Origin: a virus | Strand: one strand, 5' to 3' | IMG/VR virus record: IMGVR_UViG_3300034103_001442 | Location: 87,741 to 151,740 of that record | DNA: 64,000 nucleotides | Part shown: piece after piece, positions 53,331 through 63,400 of the stretch | Position numbering within the stretch: the stretch's first letter is position 1 | Layout of the letters: each line of letters begins with the position of its first letter | Position numbers and translations under genes: made by a program | Notes under the pieces: model-generated | The model's input: the letters and a program-made list of their open reading frames with translations, nothing else | Told to the model about the DNA's origin: nothing | Databases searched by the model: none

Positions 53331-54981
53331 AATTGCGGAAATCTGGTGCATCAGTAACGCCGAACTCATTTCTGAATTCGTCTTTCATTTCTGATACTGG
53401 TATATTGATTTTCGCATCTTCTTCTTCATCGCCACTGGAATACATGCCAAAGGGGAGCATTTCCTCCTCAAGCATGCGTTCGTTTTGTTCAACTATTTTC
53501 TTACGTATATCTAGGTCAGTTAGTTCTTTCAAATAGGGTTGAGTTGTCAACCAACTGAACAACACACAACACATCACCAAGTCATCATTACCCTCTTCAG
53601 CCTCATATGACTTACCTTTAAGAGTAAATCGAGAAAGTTCATAAATGGTATCATAATCTTCAATAATAAGTTTATCAGATTCGATTAATGTTTTCAATGT
53701 AGCACAGCCAATACGTTTGACCTGCTGGGTTGTTCTAATTCCATAGTGAGTTGTTGTAGCAAACCCACCTGAGAGCGATTGACCAGAGCGTCCATTGTTT
53801 GCTGACACTAAAAGGTTTTCATACTCAAGGTCATAATGAATAATATCAGCCACTTGCTGACCAATGTCATTTGTCTCAACTAAAATGAGAGCGTTATTAT
53901 ACATTTTCGCTGTATCATGAATAATATTTGGGTACACCAACGGCGAGATCAAATTATTCTTAAATGTAGCAACAACCCTATACGGGAAAGTTGAAACGTT
54001 TACAACAATGAATGCTGAGTAGTCCGCGCCTGCACCACGTGATGTATCTACAACAATAGAATAAATGACCCCTTTCTCAGGCTCTTGGTACATTTTAAAC
54101 CCAAGGTCGTTTGTTTTGATTGGGCGTTTAAACGCAAGCATGCGGAGTTTGTTTGGGTGAACCAGTGTGTTTGCTGACCCGAGAAACTCACACTCGTATT
54201 CTTGTCTAAACTGATCTTCAGAGGTGTTGCTGATAGTTTCTTGACGCCACTTATCATCACGCCCAGGAATATCAGACCAGTGAACATCCACACGCTCATA
54301 AAAGTTTCTACCCTCAACGGAATCCATCCACAGTTTATAGAACAGGTTCATTCCATTTGGGGTTGAGGTGATTAAAACTTTTGACGTTTGACCAGAAGAA
54401 ATCGTTGGGTAAACGGATGCAAAAAACTCTTCCTGAATATTTGTAGGAACGAATGCAAACTCATCAAGGTAAACGAGGTTGAACGATCCACCACGAATCG
54501 CTGATGATGAGGTCGCTGATGCTAGAATTTTCGAGCCATTTTCGAGTTCAATATTACCCTTGTTCCATTCTGATACACCCATTTGTAACCATTTTGGTAG
54601 GTGCTCAAACATCAACTGAATACGGGATAGAATTTCGCGTGCTTGGCGGTCTTTGTTTGCTAGGATAGCGACATTATAGTCAGAGGTAAACAAAACTTTC
54701 CAAAGCAGGTATGCCGCCACAGTTGTTGTTTTACCGACCTGACGAGGCATTTTACAAATGACGAAACGATTGGAGTCAAACTTTACTACCATTTCTTCCT
54801 GAAATTTCCACAGGTCGAAATTCACCAAACCCTTATCAACATTTACGATTTTGCAGTATGTTTTGACGAAATGAATTATGTCTTGAGAGCACTTTAAATA
54901 CTCAAGCACTTGCTCTTGTGTATACTCGACTTTTACATTTGAACGTTTAAGACGAGGATTACCGAGGTAATTATCAGCCAT
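53326..54981 (-). CDS. 17: terminase large subunit
   Basis: PRQVGKTT, YLDEFAF, TSTPNG, NDDLVM. Confidence 0.97.
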   Translation of the reverse strand: MADNYLGNPRLKRSNVKVEYTQEQVLEYLKCSQDIIHFVKTYCKIVNVDKGLVNFDLWKFQEEMVVKFDSNRFVICKMPRQVGKTTTVAAYLLWKVLFTSDYNVAILANKDRQAREILSRIQLMFEHLPKWLQMGVSEWNKGNIELENGSKILASATSSSAIRGGSFNLVYLDEFAFVPTNIQEEFFASVYPTISSGQTSKVLITSTPNGMNLFYKLWMDSVEGRNFYERVDVHWSDIPGRDDKWRQETISNTSEDQFRQEYECEFLGSANTLVHPNKLRMLAFKRPIKTNDLGFKMYQEPEKGVIYSIVVDTSRGAGADYSAFIVVNVSTFPYRVVATFKNNLISPLVYPNIIHDTAKMYNNALILVETNDIGQQVADIIHYDLEYENLLVSANNGRSGQSLSGGFATTTHYGIRTTQQVKRIGCATLKTLIESDKLIIEDYDTIYELSRFTLKGKSYEAEEGNDDLVMCCVLFSWLTTQPYLKELTDLDIRKKIVEQNERMLEEEMLPFGMYSSGDEEEDAKINIPVSEMKDEFRNEFGVTDAPDFRNL

Positions 54982-55375
54982 TGTCTCTTTTATTCTGTAT
55001 CAGTTTTTGAAGTTCAGCAGTGCTGCCAACAAACAGGTTGTTATTGGTGACAGTTTTTTCTTTTGCTTCTTCTTGCTTGAACAAATCTTTCTTTTTCTTT
55101 TGCAGGTCAACTAGGTCTTTGTTTGCGGCAACGAGTGTGTTGATTAAACCAGACAACACTTCATAGGCTCTAGGATGTTGTGATTGTTTAGCAACATCAA
55201 GCATATCAAAGAGTGCCTCTTGACCCTTTTCGATTACATCATACAAATTTTCGCGAGCATAGGAGTAATCTTTTTCTGCTTCATTATTTACTGGTTCAAC
55301 TACAGCAGGTAGATTTTCAACTTTTTGTTCTTCGGTATTTGGTGCGATGTTTAGTATTTTATCTAGATCATTCAT
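54974..55375 (-). CDS. 16: terminase small subunit
   Basis: DYSYARENL, HPRAYEV, NNNLFVGSTAELQK. Confidence 0.95.
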   Translation of the reverse strand: MNDLDKILNIAPNTEEQKVENLPAVVEPVNNEAEKDYSYARENLYDVIEKGQEALFDMLDVAKQSQHPRAYEVLSGLINTLVAANKDLVDLQKKKKDLFKQEEAKEKTVTNNNLFVGSTAELQKLIQNKRDNG

Positions 55376-56199
55376 TAAATATTCTCAGTGAACTCAGTTA
55401 TAAATCCATAGTTATCCGTAGCGTCAATTTGGCTACTAGGAACGGAAAGTGCAGCATTGCTTGTTGGTGCGCCATTAGCCAGCATACCAGGAGTTACCTC
55501 AATCAGTGCTGTATTTGCTAGTGAAGTGTTGGCGATAATTGGCGACACGTTTGAGTTGCGAACGTCGATTTCAGCAGCCTTGATGAGTGTAGTTTTCTTA
55601 ACTGGACCAAACACATACGCCTTCATTGTAAAGTTCAATGTCCAAATGATTGAACGTCTTGTTTCAAAATTACCCTCATATGAATCTTCAGTGTTGACAC
55701 TGTTCAAAATGATAGGTAGATCATATGTTCCACCCATTGATGGGAGCAACTCTACAGTTGGTGTCCACTCTGGTGTAAAGTATGGAAGAATTTGCTCAAC
55801 AATTTTTGTTCCATCTTCAGCATTTTTAACCATAATGTACAAAGTGAAACCGATGTTATATGGCACTGGCTGATACATGTAACTGACTTCATCAGCATCA
55901 GTTTCGCTTTGCTTGTATCGTTTGTTCAGTGTGTTTAATTTTCGGCTTGAGTCATATTCGAAACTTGTCATTTCAAAAGACATGCGCGGGAGAACGATAC
56001 CGATTTTGCGGTTGAGTTCTGGGTCAGCACCTAAACGAGCAAGAAACTTTTCTTTTGGTCCATATGATAATGGAATTTTCAATGTCTGAATAGTCTCACC
56101 AGTGCTATTTTGGCGAGTGACATATAGGTTATTAAACAGTGTACCAAACAGTACAACGTACTTTCTTAATACATTATGTGACCAAGTTTTACCAAACAT
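55375..56199 (-). CDS. 15: tail sheath stabilizer / terminator
   Basis: FGTLFNN, YGPKEKF, LPRMSFE, EQILPYFTP. Confidence 0.95.
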   Translation of the reverse strand: MFGKTWSHNVLRKYVVLFGTLFNNLYVTRQNSTGETIQTLKIPLSYGPKEKFLARLGADPELNRKIGIVLPRMSFEMTSFEYDSSRKLNTLNKRYKQSETDADEVSYMYQPVPYNIGFTLYIMVKNAEDGTKIVEQILPYFTPEWTPTVELLPSMGGTYDLPIILNSVNTEDSYEGNFETRRSIIWTLNFTMKAYVFGPVKKTTLIKAAEIDVRNSNVSPIIANTSLANTALIEVTPGMLANGAPTSNAALSVPSSQIDATDNYGFITEFTENI

Positions 56200-56927
56200 T
56201 AGATGTCACCCTCTGAGAACGGATCAATCTCACTAAAGTTGATGATTGAATCAGCCTCAGCCTCAATTTCATCATTATCAGCAAGTGAGTCAGTTGCTTG
56301 TGTATCAAAGTTGTATTGATCTTGAACGATGTCATATCCATCATCAGATGAAATTATGTAACCATCTTCAGCCAATATTGCATATACACTCATATTTACT
56401 GAATGGTCACGCTCAATTTTATCAATGGCTGCGATACCTGTTGATAGTTTCTCGCCGCTGTATTCAAACATTTCAGCAACGACATCATACATTTGAATTG
56501 AGCCCATCTGATAAAAGACGGCATTTTTGTTTACGTATTTAATAACAAACAAACGATCAGCCATTGGGAGGTAAATCAGGTCGCCTTCCCTTGGGCGTTC
56601 GATACTTTCGTAATTTCCGATTTCATCGGTAAAATTACGGACTGAAACTGTGAAGGTTACTTGATCTCGAATTTCAAGATTGAACTTGGATAGAAATGCT
56701 CCATCACCTTCATAACTATCATAACTGCGAATGTACATGTCAATTTCATACGCCATTGTATATTCGCTAACTGAGTCCTCGCCGTAAATCTCATCTTTGT
56801 TTTTGATTCGACGTGGGACATAGTACATGTCATGTCCATAAATCTTAATGGACTCCATGACCAAATTTTCAATCAACAGCTGTTCTTGGCTGTTGTTAAA
56901 ATTATTGAAATAAAAATTGGTAGCCAT
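56199..56927 (-). CDS. 14: neck protein
   Basis: ESIKIYG.D.YYVPR, RPREGDLIY, FSEIDPF. Confidence 0.95.
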   Translation of the reverse strand: MATNFYFNNFNNSQEQLLIENLVMESIKIYGHDMYYVPRRIKNKDEIYGEDSVSEYTMAYEIDMYIRSYDSYEGDGAFLSKFNLEIRDQVTFTVSVRNFTDEIGNYESIERPREGDLIYLPMADRLFVIKYVNKNAVFYQMGSIQMYDVVAEMFEYSGEKLSTGIAAIDKIERDHSVNMSVYAILAEDGYIISSDDGYDIVQDQYNFDTQATDSLADNDEIEAEADSIINFSEIDPFSEGDI

Positions 56928-57670
56928 TACCCAATCATATCCGTGACAGGCAGACTGTATGAGTTGATCATCTCATTTTCCATCTTTTCGATTTCAGCCT
57001 GAGCATCGGTCAAAATTCTCTCACCGTTGAACTGAACACCACCTGGCAAATTCATTCCAGTGAACTTGGTGAGGTTAGTACCCCACTGGTACTTGATCTT
57101 GGCTGTTGTATAGTTTTGCAACCAACGATCCCCCCAAGCATCTGACCAAGTGGCTGGGTCAACGATTTCATATGCCTCAACGATTAAGAACTGACCAGGA
57201 GTAAACACTGACCAGTTGGCATCAATATGCAAACGATCACGGTGACGTGTGTAACGAATTGGCTGACGACCGACCAACAACTCTTGCAGCAATGCGATAT
57301 GTTCCATGACTTGATAGTATGGAACGAGGGAGACGTTTGTCAGTGTGTACAGGTCATTCAGAGCGATCTGATAACGAATATTGAACAGGTCATCAGATGT
57401 GATTGCTGGGTCTGAAATCTGAAACACACTCACAACACCGATGATGTTTTCGGGTAGTGTGATATAACGATTTGTGATATCATCAGATGTAATCTGATAT
57501 TTGTAGTAGGTTTTTTCAGAACCGTCGAAATGGTAGTCCCAGTAGTAACGGATCGATTCATCAATACGATCCTCTACTTGGTCGTCATCAACGTTGATTT
57601 CAATGACTGGTTTACCGAGTTTGCGGAGGCAATACTCTTTGAATTCTGCTCTTGAAGTAGGAACTGCCAT
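56927..57670 (-). CDS. 13: neck protein
   Basis: YCLRKLGKPVIEINV, QWGTNL.KF, LPGGV. Confidence 0.95.
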   Translation of the reverse strand: MAVPTSRAEFKEYCLRKLGKPVIEINVDDDQVEDRIDESIRYYWDYHFDGSEKTYYKYQITSDDITNRYITLPENIIGVVSVFQISDPAITSDDLFNIRYQIALNDLYTLTNVSLVPYYQVMEHIALLQELLVGRQPIRYTRHRDRLHIDANWSVFTPGQFLIVEAYEIVDPATWSDAWGDRWLQNYTTAKIKYQWGTNLTKFTGMNLPGGVQFNGERILTDAQAEIEKMENEMINSYSLPVTDMIG

Positions 57671-57721
57671 TTTGTTATCCTATGTTGGTTTCTTTTATTT
57701 ATTAAACCCAACTCGGAAATT

Positions 57722-57755
57722 AAAACACCCCTGTGGCGGCAACCACAGGGGTGTG
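57722..57755 (-). terminator. intrinsic terminator
   Basis: ACACCCCTGTGG/CCACAGGGGTGT + TTT. Confidence 0.7.
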
Positions 57756-57767
57756 TGTCAGTTGATA

Positions 57768-57989
57768 TTACTGAACTGCTGCTGGTGCAGGTTGTGGTGT
57801 CATTCCACCCTGAGCGGCTGCAACTTGTGGTTGCGCCTGCCCAACGATCTTTCTGAGAAGACCGTCTACAACACGGTGTGGGAGTTCTTGAAGAGCGCCC
57901 ATGATTACGTTCAATTCCTGAACAGTCAATTCAACTTTCACCGTTGGTGTTTCTTGCTGTACCAACTTATCTAATTGCTCATTTGCCAT
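57768..57989 (-). CDS. hypothetical protein
   Basis: LTVQELNVIMGALQELP; GGAG SD. Confidence 0.7.
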   Translation of the reverse strand: MANEQLDKLVQQETPTVKVELTVQELNVIMGALQELPHRVVDGLLRKIVGQAQPQVAAAQGGMTPQPAPAAVQ

Positions 57990-58045
57990 TTTATATCTCC
58001 TTACAATTGTAAATTACCAGCCCGAATCGGCACTGGTGTTTCTAT

Positions 58046-58525
58046 TTAGTTGCTCAAACTCTCAAGTTCTGCTACAACCGCTTCATAACGACTTTTCAAA
58101 ACAGAAATTTGGTCCAAAAAGTTTTTTGCTTCCCCTTTCAAGTCTGCAATTTGCACTTCTAAATTTTCTTCTAGCGGCTCGGTTGGGGGCATAAATTTTG
58201 GCGCTGGTTGCCATGGTTTGTTTTTATAAACCAACTCTGGATTTAGAGATTTATAAAGTTTTTCATCCACAATCGGTTTCAAACTTTCTTCATCCAATTG
58301 TGTTTTCAACCATGAAATAACCATTTCTTCGCTTATTTGCTCGTATTGAATGAAAGATTCTGGATTTGGGTCTGGTACATCAACAACACCGAATGTATGT
58401 TCTGCCGCCCCATTTTCATTTCTTACAACATAAACCCAGTGAATTTTTTTCACAATATTTTGCAAACCGTTAGCAGATGGTTTGACTTCTAAATTTGCGA
58501 TTTCCCAGTAATACGTATTAGACAT
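58046..58525 (-). CDS. tail-fibre-associated protein (paralog of 60078-60440)
   Basis: YYWEI..L...V..IHW...F..YE..SEEMV..W...PW. Confidence 0.7.
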   Translation of the reverse strand: MSNTYYWEIANLEVKPSANGLQNIVKKIHWVYVVRNENGAAEHTFGVVDVPDPNPESFIQYEQISEEMVISWLKTQLDEESLKPIVDEKLYKSLNPELVYKNKPWQPAPKFMPPTEPLEENLEVQIADLKGEAKNFLDQISVLKSRYEAVVAELESLSN

Positions 58526-58537
58526 TTTTTTATACCC

Positions 58538-58951
58538 TTAAATTACTTTAAACATTTCCCAGTAAAAAGTTTTTGCTCCTTCTGGAGAAGTATGAGTGAA
58601 TTGTATAGTGGTGCTTGTTTGTTTTGATACGGTCATACTGATAGTGCTCATCGACCCAACTTGAACATTAGCAGAAGAAACTGCGATTATGCCTGACCAA
58701 TACTGCGGTAAAGTTGTCGTAGAGTAATTAAGGTTTGGCGACCACCCATTTAACCAATAAATTCCTTCGTGCTGAGTTCCTGTTCCAAACGTATACAAAG
58801 TGGTTAGTGTTGCATTTGCTACTGAAGCAGTTGTGGTGGACCAAGCAGTTATTGGTTTCATACTACCAGCCGTTCCAGCGCCCAAAGTCAAACTGGCAGT
58901 ATCACTACCAGCGGTTGCAGGACTTGTTCCATCTGCCACTACGTATCCCAT
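58538..58951 (-). CDS. beta-rich hypothetical tail-associated protein
   Basis: Ser/Thr/Gly-rich; downstream of tail fibre. Confidence 0.65.
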   Translation of the reverse strand: MGYVVADGTSPATAGSDTASLTLGAGTAGSMKPITAWSTTTASVANATLTTLYTFGTGTQHEGIYWLNGWSPNLNYSTTTLPQYWSGIIAVSSANVQVGSMSTISMTVSKQTSTTIQFTHTSPEGAKTFYWEMFKVI

Positions 58952-58958
58952 ATTTACC

Positions 58959-59357
58959 TCAATTAAAAACTAATGCTGTTGCGTAAATATTTCTGGCAAC
59001 GCTTGCGGTATTATTTACATACAAAGAGTCACCAACAACGTATAAACTAATACCGCCCACAAAAGAGGCTATTGGCGTGGTTTGCAAAATTAATGTATTA
59101 GAATAATACATAAAACCTTGCACTCCGTAACCAACGCGATCAAATCCCCCCGTAGAAGAATTATCCGTCATAACGAAAAATAAACCCGATACTCCTGATG
59201 GATATGAGTAATTCCATCCAAATTGATTAATTATTTGAAACCCACCAGCACCAGTTGCGTAAACATAAAAATCTTCCAAACAATGAACAGGATTTGTGGT
59301 AGAAGTTGTTATAGAAGAATTTGAATACAAAGATGTCGTTTTCGCGGAAATTGCCAT
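58959..59357 (-). CDS. beta-rich hypothetical tail-associated protein
   Basis: Start MAISAK after GGAGG. Confidence 0.65.
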   Translation of the reverse strand: MAISAKTTSLYSNSSITTSTTNPVHCLEDFYVYATGAGGFQIINQFGWNYSYPSGVSGLFFVMTDNSSTGGFDRVGYGVQGFMYYSNTLILQTTPIASFVGGISLYVVGDSLYVNNTASVARNIYATALVFN

Positions 59358-59359
59358 GT

Positions 59360-59782
59360 TCAACCTCCAGATCTAATTAGTGGAGTGATCATCCAATTGA
59401 ATGTTTTTGTGACACCAGAAGTGTTGGTAAGTCTTACAAAACCACTAACCACAGTGATTGTAAGACCGCCTGTGACGGGCATGAAATAAAAAGTGCTAGA
59501 AGTGTAAGCCCCATTAGAGAATACATTACCAGTAGTACCTGATATTCTTTTCATCACTATTGCTGAATGATATGAAGTATAATCTGTAGAATATGCAGAA
59601 ACAACGAACGCAGTGCAACTTGTATCGGCTACTGAAAACACATTCCAAAAATCAGCAGTGTCAATCGTCCGTTGCCCACCAAAACCGCCAAGCCCACCAC
59701 GTTGACCTGAAGTTGGGTATACGCTAACTGCAGAATTTCCAGAATATGGATACCCTGTCCCGCCATTAACGCCAAGACCCAT
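59360..59782 (-). CDS. beta-rich hypothetical tail-associated protein
   Basis: Gly/Ser/Thr-rich; GGAGG SD. Confidence 0.65.
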   Translation of the reverse strand: MGLGVNGGTGYPYSGNSAVSVYPTSGQRGGLGGFGGQRTIDTADFWNVFSVADTSCTAFVVSAYSTDYTSYHSAIVMKRISGTTGNVFSNGAYTSSTFYFMPVTGGLTITVVSGFVRLTNTSGVTKTFNWMITPLIRSGG

Positions 59783-59784
59783 AA

Positions 59785-60072
59785 TTATCCTCCAATTGGC
59801 GTTGGGGCTGCTGCCGCTGCTGCTCCTGGTGCAGTATTTGCGTTTGCTGGATCTGTTGGGTCAACGAATGACACCACGCCAACAGACACTTTGTGTTTTA
59901 CTGCAGCCAAGTGCTCTTCTAAACGAACTGCCCAACCGTCAGCATCAACGGCACCATCTTTATATGGAACATTGATATGACGCTTGAAGACTTTACCTTC
60001 GTCATTTGTGAATGTAACTTCTACTGAAGTTGCATTATTTGCGATTTCTGGATTATTATATGTGATTGCCAT
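59785..60072 (-). CDS. hypothetical tail-associated protein
   Basis: ORF track. Confidence 0.65.
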   Translation of the reverse strand: MAITYNNPEIANNATSVEVTFTNDEGKVFKRHINVPYKDGAVDADGWAVRLEEHLAAVKHKVSVGVVSFVDPTDPANANTAPGAAAAAAPTPIGG

Positions 60073-60077
60073 AACTA

Positions 60078-60440
60078 TTAACCTGCTGGTGCGGTGTTAG
60101 ATGCTGGTGGTGCCCATGGAAGTTGGCTGACTTCAACAACTGGGTTTTTCTTCAGGTCAATCTGCTTTGTGATTTGCTCATTGACATGATCCCAGTAACC
60201 GCCGACAACAACAGCCTTGATCCAATCAAGTACCATTTCTTCGGTGAGGTCTTCATAAGCAACGAAACTGTCTGGATTTACTTTAGAGAGATCAAATGGT
60301 GTTGCACCAGAAAATGAACCTTCATTTCCATCGGCATCTACGCCCTTGAGTTCCCATTGTGTTCCGACGATAACATCTGACAGACTGTTACCGCTTGTTT
60401 TCTTCAGTTGTTTTACTTTCCAAGTATATGTAAGTGACAT
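60078..60440 (-). CDS. tail-fibre-associated protein
   Basis: YTWKV..L...V....W...FVAYEDLTEEMVLDW...LPW. Confidence 0.75.
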   Translation of the reverse strand: MSLTYTWKVKQLKKTSGNSLSDVIVGTQWELKGVDADGNEGSFSGATPFDLSKVNPDSFVAYEDLTEEMVLDWIKAVVVGGYWDHVNEQITKQIDLKKNPVVEVSQLPWAPPASNTAPAG

Positions 60441-60468
60441 TTCAATCTCCTTTGTGGAATGTTTGTAT

Positions 60469-63400
60469 TTATTTATTCGAAAGAGCAGCCTTCAACTCGT
60501 CGATCTGCTTTTGTTGTTCTTTGATTGCTTCAATTAATAGACCAATCATGTTGCCGTATGCGACTGTTTTTGCTGAATCTGGATCAGACTCATCTGTGTT
60601 AAAGACCACTTCTGGTAACACTTTTTCAACCTCTTGCGCGATGACACCAGCATATTTTCTGCCCGTTTCATCGTTATTTTTCGTATAAGTGACACCGCGA
60701 ATTTTTGTAATTTTATCAATTGCATTAGAGATCAATTCAATATTTTCTTTGACTCTGATATCAGACAACGCAGTAATATTACCGCCAGCAGTGATGCTAC
60801 CATCGCCTTGATTAAATCTTATTTTTTCGTATGCAGTTCTGTTACCACTCTCGCGCGAAGGAACTGTAAATGATCTCAAATTTCCAGTTGAACTTTCAGC
60901 AGTCACGCAAAAATAATTGTTTGGGTTGTCATGATACAACCCCCAGCCAGTGTATGGTTCAAAATCAACAAAAATACCAGTCCAACCTTCAGTAGTGACT
61001 TGTTGCATACCAAAAGCAGCACCAGAAGAACTTGTCCCGCTAGAATTTATCAATAATCCTGGTTTGTTATAAGTAGCCGCATTTACAGAACCGTCTATAA
61101 ATACATTACCAGAATTAGTGACATATGCTTTCCTTACATCACCGAATATAAAATGAATTTCTGAACCACTAGTAGAAAGAGAAAGGGTGCTTGCAGCATA
61201 AATACCACCACGGTTCCAAGCAGCACCAAGTCTAACTTCACCAGAGTAAGCCTCAGGGTTTGATATTGATAAATTTCTGCTGCTATTTAAATATGGGATT
61301 TGATTTGTGCTGTTACCTACACTATATCCATCCACAGTATCCGCATCTAAACCAGAGCCTGAGCCGTCATTATTTGATGTCCAGTATGTTCCAGAAAATC
61401 CACTAACATTATCAGCAACACGAGCAGAATCAACACGAACACCATAGGTAGAAGAACCATTCCACCCCATGAGTGTTGGATATGATCCAGACCATGCTAC
61501 TGCGGCGTTTGTGTTATTTACGGATGTGCCATCAGGCGAGGTTGAATTTGAAGCATCAAATATTGTATGGCTGTTTCCGTAATTTTTCCAAGCAAGTTGA
61601 CCAACTACGTTATTGATAACAGTACTATCATTCCAATTTGATCGTGTTCTTGCTCGTGCAAATCCACTTGAATCGACTCCATCCAACGTATCAGCATCTA
61701 AACCAGAACCTGAACCGTCATTACCGCTGTTCCAATATTTTACCCAGCCACTCCAAGAATTTCCAGTGACATTTCTTTGATATAATTGGTTAGCATTATC
61801 TTCCCAACCCCAAGCAATTTGTGTACCCCAGTAATTGCCACTATTGCTATGACGCATTGATTCATAAAACCACCATGTTCCTGTCGGACCACCAGAAGAA
61901 ATATCACCGTGGAATTGATAACAGTTGACAGGTGTTGTGGTAAAAGCAGAATTCCAATCACTACTGGTATTTGTTTTACCGTAATAAGAATATAATGCAC
62001 CACTCGAATCTCTAACAGCGATTGTGCTTGCTGATAGGGAGGTTGATGGGTTTATACCATCAACAGTATCAGCATCAAGACCAGAACCACTACCGTCATT
62101 ACCAGCGTGCCAAGCAACATTACCACCAACATATAATGTATTTTCAACACGAACGTTGTTGTCGCCTTTGCCGACCGAAAAAATATCAGATCCCGTAAAT
62201 GGCGAATTATTGAAAAAACGAGTGCCGCCGTAGCCTGACGCTGCACCGATCTCGATGCCCGTGTGCCACGCAAGCGTTAGTCGGGTGTGAGTAGAGTATC
62301 CGTTGTTGTATTGCGGTTTGCAGTAAATTAGGTAGTAGGGATTTGTGTCCGTTCTCGCACCCCACGTTATTCCGCTGTTAATGGACGCCGCAGATGGGTC
62401 AGTGTCTGAATCAGACAGGTTGATGTGGCGGGTCACGCCAGAACTGGAACCGACCCTGAAAACAAACGTATTACTACTGTCAACATAGCGATTGCTCGCC
62501 ACTGAGCTGAATAGCGAGACAGCGCTGTTGGTGGTGAAATTGAGATACGAGCCGTCCCAGTACATACCGCGACGACTACCCCAAGTGTTGTCTGATGCTA
62601 ATGACCAAAATCCATTATTCTCGCCAGCAACATATGCACCATCAATCAATACGCCAATTTGCCCTGCGTTTGGTAGTCCATCACCAAGAACAAATTCGCC
62701 GCCGCTTGCACTAATGCCCTGAAGTCGGCTTCCTGGCAACCCACTGCCATACCAACTACCACTTTTTGTCCAAAATCCAGAAGAATCTACACCATCAAGT
62801 GTATCAGCATCAAGACCAGAGCCAGAGCCGTCAGAAGTTGATGTCCAAATTTGTTGCCAACTGTACCAGTTGCCATCATTCCAACCAGTGCGCAATAAAA
62901 TTTTATCACCAATATGAGGATAATATGTTTGCTGTAAACCTTGCCCATTGGCTTCGGTCACTAATAAATGACCGTAAGTATAAACGGAACCAGGATTGTT
63001 CGAACCTGAAAACGCACTGCCAGAAGCAACACCATACATACCAGGTGCAACATAATCGTTCCAATTAGAAGAAACACCAACTTGACCGACGCCTTTATCA
63101 TAAACAATTGATTGAAGGTTTACACCATCCAACAAGTCAGCATCAAGACCAGAGCCAGATCCGTCGTTTCCTGCGTGCCATACAGTGCTGCCGCTAACCT
63201 GTAACCCTAAATCAAAATGGAAAACTGACCCTGTATATCGTATATTATTGCTAGTGTAACCTCCTCTATGGAAATTGAGAACGATATTTCCTGCGTCACT
63301 ATTCTCTAAAGACAAAGTGTGATCAGCGTCTGGCCAACTACCAGTGTTAGTACCAATATTTCTGAACACTTGAAATCCAGCATTTACTGAATTATATACA

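Noticed and set aside
9685-54981. Introns or inteins in gp43, gp41, gp46, uvsW or gp17
   Set aside because: Lengths are typical and motifs contiguous; no intein splice signatures seen
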